Source: Gemmatimonadota bacterium
GTDB lineage: Bacteria > Gemmatimonadota > Gemmatimonadetes > Palauibacterales > Palauibacteraceae
Direction of reading: 5' to 3'
Length of the DNA: 14,294 nt
Assembly (NCBI GenBank): GCA_046758745.1
Contig: JBHIAV010000060.1
Location: 1 to 14,294 of the forward strand
A program made the position numbers and the translations under genes. A model generated the notes under the pieces. That model made no database searches. It was not told the origin of the DNA and saw only the letters and a program-made list of their open reading frames with translations. Shown piece after piece: positions 7,739-14,228 of this stretch. Every line of letters starts with the position of its first letter. Position 1 is the first letter of the stretch.

Positions 7739-8865
7739 CGATCCATCCCTTCGTGCCGGGGGTGTGCGGGCACGCTGTCGGTCGGCAGCTTCTCCAGCCG
7801 GACACCCAGCGGCATCCTGAACTCCTCCATCGTGGCCAAGCGCGCGTCGGGATGACCCTGCGGGAGCCAGCTTCCGTCGGGCAGTCGCGTGGGGACACGC
7901 ATGGACCCCTCGCTCATGCTGTGTCCGGTCATCGGCATGCCGGGCGCGGTCACGGCGTCCTGAGCCGCGTAGGTCATGTTCCGACGCATCCTCTCGATCT
8001 CCGCCTCCTTCTCGGCCCGCGAGAGCGAGGCGTCGGCCATGATGTCGTTCACCACGTCATGCATCATGTGGAGGTTGTCGAAGATCTGGGCCGCGGCCGG
8101 CAACATGCGCGAGAAGCGAGGGGCCATCTCGGCCGCCAGGGGCATCACCTTCGGCGGATTCCTCAGCACCGAGTCCTTGAAGACGGCGATGACCCGATTA
8201 AGCTCCTGCCGTCGAGCCTCCGGATCGGGCTCCATGAGCGCCTCGTAGACCGCCGCGTGATGCCAGTGGTACGCCCACAGGATGCCATTGATGCCGGGGT
8301 ATTTCTTGCGAAAGGTGCCGGCCCAGGCGCCGCCTCCCTCCATCCAGCGGTGACCGTATCCGCGCGTGGAAAACGCGGTGTTGGCGCGCGACAGGTAGTA
8401 CGCGATCGCGCGCTCGCCGGCAGTCTTCTTATCCCTCACTCGATCGTCTGTGAGGATGTCGTAGAGCTGGGAGTGGAGCATGTGGGTCCAGTCCATGGCG
8501 CGCCCGGTCTCGAACGCCATCTTCGACCAGTTGGGCGCGATAACCTCGGCGGGTGGCTCGAAGCGCGGCGGATGGTCCAGGTACTCCACGACACGCGCGC
8601 GGAACGTCTCCATCTCCGCCACCGCGTCCTCTCCGCGATTCAAGAGGGTCTCGTACGCTCCGAAGTGCGCGTAATGTGCCGCGTAGAAGGACCGCGCCGC
8701 CTCGTTGTAGGTATCGTAGAACGCGAAGTTGTAGGCGGCGGGAAGCCGGTAGACCTCGTTCCGCTGCGGCGCGCTGCTGCAGGCAGAGAGAAACAGCGCG
8801 GCTCCCAGAAGCGTCACGCGATCAGCGCGGGCCGGGATCACATCCCGGAAAGTCATCTTCTCCAT
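7735..8865 (-). CDS. Uncharacterised His/Met-rich lipoprotein with four HxxH helical repeats; putative metal-binding protein
   Basis: 376 aa with lipobox LSAC (Cys29). HxxH at 64/67, 128/131, 200/203 and 266/269, plus a Met/His-rich tail (GMPMTGHSMSEGSM, HPRHEGM). Translationally coupled to the barrel gene. Confidence 0.85.
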   Translation of the reverse strand: MEKMTFRDVIPARADRVTLLGAALFLSACSSAPQRNEVYRLPAAYNFAFYDTYNEAARSFYAAHYAHFGAYETLLNRGEDAVAEMETFRARVVEYLDHPPRFEPPAEVIAPNWSKMAFETGRAMDWTHMLHSQLYDILTDDRVRDKKTAGERAIAYYLSRANTAFSTRGYGHRWMEGGGAWAGTFRKKYPGINGILWAYHWHHAAVYEALMEPDPEARRQELNRVIAVFKDSVLRNPPKVMPLAAEMAPRFSRMLPAAAQIFDNLHMMHDVVNDIMADASLSRAEKEAEIERMRRNMTYAAQDAVTAPGMPMTGHSMSEGSMRVPTRLPDGSWLPQGHPDARLATMEEFRMPLGVRLEKLPTDSVPAHPRHEGMDR

Positions 8866-8894
8866 ACCGAACCCCTGTCCTACCAGCCGGTCCT

Positions 8895-8939
8895 TCTCTC
8901 TCTCACTCTCTCTCTCTCTCTCTCTCTCTCACTCACTCA
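8895..8939. repeat. (TC/GA)n dinucleotide microsatellite
   Basis: (TC)5-AC-(TC)12-ACTCACTCA on the + strand, filling most of the 71-nt gap between two co-oriented genes and abutting the upstream TGA. Confidence 0.97.
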
Positions 8940-9494
8940 GACGTCTCGACTTCCCAGCGGAAGCAAGCCCAAGCCAAGTCCTCCGGCCAGACCCACCAGG
9001 AGGCCGATCACGCCCCATTCGGCGGCACTCCGGTTGCGTTCGATTCGGATGTCGTCCGCCCGGACCCCTCCATCGCCCACGTCATGGCGGTACGAAGCCC
9101 AACTCTCCGTGGCCAGCTTGTGTTCGTTCTCATCGACGCTCCTGCGGGCCCCCAGCACAGTCAGGTCCAGCGTGGCTACCGCGTCCCCATCGGCGGCAAT
9201 TGCCGTCACCCGGTAGGCTCCAGAGGTGACGCCTAGCGGAATGATCAGTTCGAGCGAGAACCTGCCCGCGGAATCTGACTGCACCTGCCGGAGCTCGTAC
9301 TCGCGCAGCGCCCCCACGAGCCTTAGAAGGTAAGTTTGCTTCTTGCTGAAGTCGCTGCCGTGGAGCTCCAGTACCTCACCCGCCACGACGGACGACTGCG
9401 GGCTCGTCAAGACCGCATCCTCGTGCGAGACGGCCCGCCCTGCCGATGCGAGCAAGAAGCTCAGAAACAGCGTGAGGACCTTTGCCACATTCAT
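8937..9494 (-). CDS. Secreted Ig-like-domain protein with C-terminal membrane anchor and probable mature N-terminal His
   Basis: 185 aa, AAAGGA RBS. Signal peptide ends AVS|HED. Beta-strand-rich core (VVAGEVLELHGSDF, SDSAGRFSLELIIP, GAYRVTAIA) and C-terminal TM WGVIGLLVGLAGGLGLGLL. Starts 18 nt after the cyt b stop. Confidence 0.8.
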   Translation of the reverse strand: MNVAKVLTLFLSFLLASAGRAVSHEDAVLTSPQSSVVAGEVLELHGSDFSKKQTYLLRLVGALREYELRQVQSDSAGRFSLELIIPLGVTSGAYRVTAIAADGDAVATLDLTVLGARRSVDENEHKLATESWASYRHDVGDGGVRADDIRIERNRSAAEWGVIGLLVGLAGGLGLGLLPLGSRDV

Positions 9495-9512
9495 ACTTTG
9501 CCGTCCTTTGGG

Positions 9513-10553
9513 CTACATGCCAAGATGCTGCTGGCGCGCACCAAACGCCCCGTACAGCCAGAGGGCGAGGACCGCGAGCCCGAGCAGGAGCCCCACCCAC
9601 CCCACCCAGCCGTGCCTTCCAGGCCTATCGTCGCCCCCGCGATCCAGGAGCGGGATGGTTGCGAGAAAGCCGAAGAGGATGGCGGGTCCGATAATCATGC
9701 CCCAGGTGCCCAGGAGGTTCTCGAGTCCGTAGACCCAGAGCACCGGCCAGAACGGCTTGGTGACCTCCACACCGGCAACGGCCGGATAGCCCAAGTTTTC
9801 GGGTGCAACGACCGCCAGGAGCCCTATGGTCGCGAAGGCGAGCGATGCGACGCCCGCAAGCCGTATGGCATGTGTCCGAAAGACGCTAGTCTCCGAAGCA
9901 TCGGCGTGAATACCCAGATGGCGGATAAGCCAGAAGTGAAGTCCCATGAGGCCGATGAGAGCGAGCGGCAGGAGGCTCGTGTGAAGGCTGAAGATCCGCG
10001 AGAGCAACGAGGTGCTCCGCGTGAAGCTCTCGGTGAAGAAGGCACCCAGCGCGCCCGTGAGCTCGCCTCCTGTCACGAAATGCGACAGCGCCTCGAATCC
10101 TTCCTGGTCGTTACGCAGTGCTGTGCCAGTCACGATGAGGAGGAAGAGTAGCCCGGCCATTCCGACGCCGGCCCACCAGGTAACCTCACGCGGCTTCTTG
10201 TAGGAGCGTCGCCAAAACACGTAGATGAGGTGTGTCGTGATGGTCACGGTCACCGCGCCCGCGGACCAATAGTGGAGGCTCCGCACCCAGTCCCCGAGCG
10301 GCGCACGAGCGATGATATACAGGACGCTGTCGTGGGCTCCGATCGGGTTTGGATTGTAGAACTGCGCGAGGTAGATGCCGGTGAGCAGAAGGAGAATAAT
10401 GAAGAATGCGGTCAGCCCTCCCAACATGTACGTCCAGCGGTTGGTCACTTTCGGGATGGGATAGTCGAGCGCCTTGAGCGCTGCTCGCTCCGCTAGCCAG
10501 CTGGCGTACGAATCGCTCTCGCCTGCCTCGTCAGCCACGTTCACCCCCGACAT
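9513..10553 (-). CDS. Cytochrome b of the bc1/b6f family (b6 + subunit IV-like fusion, ~7 TM), orphan
   Basis: 346 aa with YMLGG, TGIYLAQFYNP, RSLH94..H108, YKKPREVTWWAG and H191..H206 (four heme ligands, 13/14 spacing). KPFWP sits at the PEWY position. No Rieske or CxxCH protein in the window. Confidence 0.92.
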   Translation of the reverse strand: MSGVNVADEAGESDSYASWLAERAALKALDYPIPKVTNRWTYMLGGLTAFFIILLLLTGIYLAQFYNPNPIGAHDSVLYIIARAPLGDWVRSLHYWSAGAVTVTITTHLIYVFWRRSYKKPREVTWWAGVGMAGLLFLLIVTGTALRNDQEGFEALSHFVTGGELTGALGAFFTESFTRSTSLLSRIFSLHTSLLPLALIGLMGLHFWLIRHLGIHADASETSVFRTHAIRLAGVASLAFATIGLLAVVAPENLGYPAVAGVEVTKPFWPVLWVYGLENLLGTWGMIIGPAILFGFLATIPLLDRGGDDRPGRHGWVGWVGLLLGLAVLALWLYGAFGARQQHLGM

Positions 10554-10569
10554 AGAAAGGACGGAGTGA

Positions 10570-10635
10570 AGCCTAGCCGACTATGGACTAAGATCGCCCC
10601 AACTTCTCGTTAAGATCTCTTTAGAATCTTACAAT
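10570..10635 (-). promoter_or_regulatory. Putative response-regulator boxes and -10 element for the cyt b operon; divergent promoter region
   Basis: CTAAGAT (10588) and TTAAGAT (10610) lie 22 bp apart, with an inverted copy AATCTTA at 10625-10631. On the minus strand the proximal box is followed 12 nt later by TAGGCT (10575-10570). Plus-strand TACAAT at 10630-10635 could serve the regulator gene. Confidence 0.65.
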
Positions 10636-10772
10636 CGCCCTGGAAACCGAAGGAGAGGGTTCTTAGCGGGGCCTCATCGCCTATTTTGGGATCGCAGCGA
10701 GGCAAGATTTTCACCTCCAGAGGACCGGGGAGGAGGATCGATCCGTCCCCCTTTCCGGCTCGGCGTAGGGCC

Positions 10773-11456
10773 ATGAAGATACTTCTCGTCGAAGATGACG
10801 CTCGGGTGGCCCGCTTCATCGAGAAAGGACTGCGGGAGGAGGGTCATGTGGTTGACCTGGCTACCGACGGCGTTGAAGCCGTGGCGCTCGCGCACGTGAC
10901 CGACTACGACGTGATCGTGCTCGACGTGATGCTCCCCGGCAAGAGCGGCTTTCACGTGACCTCCGAGCTTCGCTCCCAAGGCAACCCCACCCCGATCCTC
11001 ATGCTGACGGCCCGGGATTCCCGGGAGGACATCGTGCAGGGCCTCGACGTCGGGGCTGACGACTATCTGACTAAGCCGTTCGACTTCGAGGAGCTGCTAG
11101 CGCGCATCCGCGCGCTCGCCCGGCGCATTGGCGCTATCGACGAGGGCACGCTCCGCTTCCAGGACATCGAGTTGGATCGACTCCAGCACGAAGCGCGGCG
11201 CGGCGGCCAGCGCATCAACCTCACGCCGACCGAGTTCAAACTCCTCGAGGCCCTGATGCGCAAGCCTGGACAGGTGGTGAAGCGCCTCGAGCTCTTGGAT
11301 CGCGTGTGGGGGATGAGCTTCGATCCGGGCACGAACCTGATCGATGTGCACATGGCGAACCTTCGGAAGAAGCTGGAGAAGGAGGGGGGGAGCCGGGTTA
11401 TCTCCACTGTCCGCGGTGTCGGATTCCGGCTGGCGAGCGTAGAAGGCCATGAGTAA
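10773..11456 (+). CDS. OmpR-family response regulator (CusR/CzcR-like)
   Basis: MKILLVEDD..YDVIVLDVMLP..PILMLTAR..GADDYLTKPF receiver domain and LTPTEF..IDVHMANLRKKL..TVRGVGF winged helix. ATG 10773 (227 aa) is preferred over the ORF-track start at 10686. Confidence 0.96.
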   Translation: MKILLVEDDARVARFIEKGLREEGHVVDLATDGVEAVALAHVTDYDVIVLDVMLPGKSGFHVTSELRSQGNPTPILMLTARDSREDIVQGLDVGADDYLTKPFDFEELLARIRALARRIGAIDEGTLRFQDIELDRLQHEARRGGQRINLTPTEFKLLEALMRKPGQVVKRLELLDRVWGMSFDPGTNLIDVHMANLRKKLEKEGGSRVISTVRGVGFRLASVEGHE

Positions 11457-12921
11457 GCTCGGTCGTTCCTTTCGGGGGCGCCTTGCCCTCCGCTTCGGAG
11501 CCACCGTCATGCTGGTCGCCGCCGCAGGCTCCCTCTTCGGTTACCTGGTACTGCGCAGTCTGCTAATCGACCAGCTCGACAGGACGCTTCTGCGTTTGGC
11601 AGGGATCGAGGCAGCTGCCGCCGCCGACACTCCGGACTCCACAGTACATTTCCACGACGAGGTCTTCCTCGCTGTCGGCCCCGGACACAAGGCGATCCTG
11701 AGCCGTTACGCGGAGGTGTGGAGCCTGGAGGGAGAACCGGTCCTGCGAACCGAGAACCTGGCAGGCGGCAATCTTCCGCTCGACGGGGAGGTTCGAAGCC
11801 GCGTCGTCTCTACCGGTGACCCGGAGCTCTTCAGCTTCGAGTGGGGGGGCACCGAATACCGGAGCGTTCTCTACCCCCTGGGTCTGGTGGGTCCGCAGCA
11901 TGAGCCGCATCTGCTTCAGGTGGCCGCTGCCACCGACCAGACAAGGGCTGTGCTCGGCAATTTCTTGAAGGTGTTGGCCGTGCTTGCGTTCCTGGGGGCT
12001 CTGGCGGGTCTAGGATTGGGATGGTGGGTGGCCGGATCCGCCATCCGGCCGGTGATGGAGATCACTCGGCAGGCGGAATCCCTCGAGATGTCGCGGGGCA
12101 AGCACCGGATCATTGCGCAGGCAGAGACCGAGGAGATGAGCCGACTCGTTTCCGTTCTGAACTCCATGCTGGGAAGGATCGATACCGCATTCGAAAGTCA
12201 GCGACGCTTCCTCGCCGATGTCGGACACGAAATCCGCACGCCCCTCACCGTGCTTCGCGGAGATGTCGAGGTTGCCCTCCGCCGGCATCGCTCACTGGAA
12301 GAGTACGAGGCGATCCTGGGACAGACGTTGGAGGATCTCAAGGATGTCTCAGCTCTGGCCGATGACCTCATCACCCTGGCCCGCGGAGAGAGTGGCGCCC
12401 TGACCCCCGAGTTTCGCCCCATCCAAGCGGAGAACCTGCTCCGCGAGGTCGCCGAACGGTACCAGGGAGCCGCCGAGAAAGGGGGAGCCTGCCTCAAGAT
12501 TGGAAGCGACCCATCGGCCGTGGTCGTGGGGGACCGTACGCTGCTCGCGCGGGCCTTGGGCAACCTTGTGGACAACGCCATCAAATACGGAGGCGACGGA
12601 GAGATCACCGTTGGAGCCAGCTTGGCGGACCATGGCAGCGTCGAGATCCGCGTGGCAGATGAGGGCCCCGGAGTCCTGCCAGATGAGCTGCCGCACCTCT
12701 TCGACCGCTTTGTCCGCGGGGAAGCGGGCCGGCGGGTTGGGAGAGGCTCCGGGCTCGGCCTATCAATCGTCAAGGCGATCGTGGAGAGCCATGGCGGAAC
12801 GATCCAAGTGGATAGCGTCGTCGGCCGCGGAACGACTTTTCGGCTCCACCTACCTGCCGTGGCTCACAGGCAAATCCGATCGCGGAAGGTCGATGTCGTG
12901 GGGACCCACTCCGGAGATTAG
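11449..12921 (+). CDS. Sensor histidine kinase (2 TM, periplasmic sensor, HAMP, HisKA, HATPase), heavy-metal-sensor type
   Basis: 490 aa with H-box FLADVGHEIRTPL, N-box NLVDNAIKY, G1 DEGPG, F-box LFDRF and G2 GSGLGL. 8-nt overlap with the regulator. Confidence 0.96.
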   Translation: MSKLGRSFRGRLALRFGATVMLVAAAGSLFGYLVLRSLLIDQLDRTLLRLAGIEAAAAADTPDSTVHFHDEVFLAVGPGHKAILSRYAEVWSLEGEPVLRTENLAGGNLPLDGEVRSRVVSTGDPELFSFEWGGTEYRSVLYPLGLVGPQHEPHLLQVAAATDQTRAVLGNFLKVLAVLAFLGALAGLGLGWWVAGSAIRPVMEITRQAESLEMSRGKHRIIAQAETEEMSRLVSVLNSMLGRIDTAFESQRRFLADVGHEIRTPLTVLRGDVEVALRRHRSLEEYEAILGQTLEDLKDVSALADDLITLARGESGALTPEFRPIQAENLLREVAERYQGAAEKGGACLKIGSDPSAVVVGDRTLLARALGNLVDNAIKYGGDGEITVGASLADHGSVEIRVADEGPGVLPDELPHLFDRFVRGEAGRRVGRGSGLGLSIVKAIVESHGGTIQVDSVVGRGTTFRLHLPAVAHRQIRSRKVDVVGTHSGD

Positions 12922-12933
12922 CCAGTCCGCGGT

Positions 12934-13137
12934 TCAGCGAAGCTCCCGTCCCTTCCGCTCGAACTCCTCCCGGTCGATCTCTCCCCGAGCGTAGCGCTGC
13001 TAGAAGATCTCGACGGCGGACTCGGGGCTGCCGACTGTCCCTGTTCGCCCGAAGAGCAGCCGCCAGAGGGCGAAGACGATCAGTACGAGCAGAACGCTCC
13101 AAAGGAGCATCCAGAGGAAACCCCACGGCGTCCACAT
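12934..13137 (-). pseudogene. Small membrane protein with SHOCT domain, interrupted by an in-frame TAG
   Basis: Hand translation: MWTPWGFLWMLLWSVLLVLIVFALWRLLFGRTGTVGSPESAVEIF*QRYARGEIDREEFERKGRELR*. TAG at 13002-13000 falls in the SHOCT motif (ALEILKERYARGEIxxEEF). Not in the ORF track. Confidence 0.88.
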
Positions 13138-13169
13138 CGTGTGGTGCTGCAGCTTCTGCCGGTAATCGG

Positions 13170-13590
13170 ATCGAGCTCGACGCGTCCCTTCCGTTGGAGC
13201 TGCTGGATGGTTTCATGAACGTGCAGGGGGGGACAGCATCGCGTCCGCGACAGTGCGGTCTCGAGCACCGAGGAGTCGCGCAGGCGAGGGTTCAATTCCG
13301 CTCGCCCGTGCTTGACCTCGCCGATGATCAGATCCATCCCGGCAGTTGGGATCTTCAGTGCCGGGTCTACCTCGAGCCGGATGGGCTCAAGCGGGCTTCT
13401 GTTCTTCCCACCGCCACGAACTGGAATTTCGTGTGCCGTGTAAGGGAATCGAAGGGCAAGAATGTCGATGCCGGTGGCGCTGCTATAGCGCTGACCCCGG
13501 GCGGAGGCTTCCACGACCGGGAATTCCGTGATCGTAAATTAGCCGTTCAGCTGAACGGTAAGCACGCACGATCTGCACCGCGTTGTCCTC
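13170..13590 (-). pseudogene. Disrupted conserved hypothetical gene with a PD-(D/E)XK-like motif
   Basis: RBS AAGGAG, then (GAG)DNAVQIVRAY, a +1 frameshift at ~13557, VQLNG*(TAA 13541-13539)FTITEFPVVE..ATGIDILALRFP..DLIIGEVKHGRAELN..CC. Start codon lost. The 3' end is approximate and appears to run into the SHOCT remnant. Confidence 0.7.
13543..13558. repeat. Perfect 16-bp palindrome CCGTTCAGCTGAACGG
   Basis: Self-complementary by direct reading; coincides with the frameshift in the pseudogene. Confidence 0.95.
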
Positions 13591-13619
13591 CGCTCTAAGC
13601 TCCTTGTCGCGCACTCGCC

Positions 13620-14105
13620 TTAGTGCTCCCGTTCCGATGCCGCGTCGGCCGCCGCACAGAGACGTGTGCAGACATCTCGCAGAGAATGCTGCCATTCACC
13701 CCGCAGGGAGACACCCAGCTCCACACGTCCGGTGGGAATCGCGATTCGGCAATGCGTCACGTGCGGGAGGTCGAGCAGCTCCCTTCTCAGCGCCTCGAGA
13801 CGTCCGGAAGAGCCGACGAGCCAGGTCGTCACGCGCGCCTCGGCCATATGCACCGAATAGCCGCGACGCTCGAGGATCCGTATAACCTCTTCCAACCACG
13901 GTAGGGCGTCGACCTCGATCGACACCGTGTCTCGCATGGGATTGACCGCCGCCCCTCGCACCCCATCCAGCTTCCTCAGAGTCCGCTCGAGCGGTGCTCC
14001 CTCCGACGCACAGCCAAGCTCCGAGATCGTGAGGCAGACTCGGAAGCCGGACGCGCCGGCCACGGCGTACGGCGTTTGCTCTTCAGGGGAACCGGTTTCG
14101 CTCAT
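13620..14105 (-). CDS. Protein with two degenerate HMA (ferredoxin-like) domains
   Basis: GGAGG RBS before ATG 14105. LTISELGCASEGAPLERTLRKLDGVRGAAVNP..GYSV is an HMA domain with CxxE instead of CxxC. The second repeat (LRRELLDLPHVTHCRIAIPTGRVEL) lacks the CxxC loop. Confidence 0.72.
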   Translation of the reverse strand: MSETGSPEEQTPYAVAGASGFRVCLTISELGCASEGAPLERTLRKLDGVRGAAVNPMRDTVSIEVDALPWLEEVIRILERRGYSVHMAEARVTTWLVGSSGRLEALRRELLDLPHVTHCRIAIPTGRVELGVSLRGEWQHSLRDVCTRLCAAADAASEREH

Positions 14106-14228
14106 GCTTCCTCCGGCGCCGGATCCCGCCGACCTGCGATGGGCCTCGTCGCCTCCGGGCAGGTCGCTCTCCGTCCGAAGCACCAGGATCGCCCGTCCCA
14201 GCAGTGCAGCGCTCCTCCCGTGGAACTA

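Noticed and set aside
7639-9216. 525-aa plus-strand ORF that reads through the microsatellite (LSLSLS)
   Set aside because: Antisense to two well-formed genes with shadow-like composition. I see no support for a phase-variable coding repeat.
10686-10772. 29-aa N-terminal extension of the response regulator
   Set aside because: The receiver domain starts at MKILLVEDD (ATG 10773); the extension is promoter/leader sequence.
13000-13002. TAG in the SHOCT gene as pyrrolysine or stop-codon reassignment
   Set aside because: TAG terminates cusA, cyt b and the kinase normally in this window, and neighbouring genes are also decayed. A simple nonsense change (e.g. AAG->TAG) is more parsimonious.
14102-14228. 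Possible small Cys-containing ORF (HCWDGRSWCF..) and CGACCTGC/GCAGGTCG inverted repeat between the YHS and HMA genes
   Set aside because: No start codon or RBS, the YHS resemblance is too weak, and an 8-bp GC stem is expected by chance.
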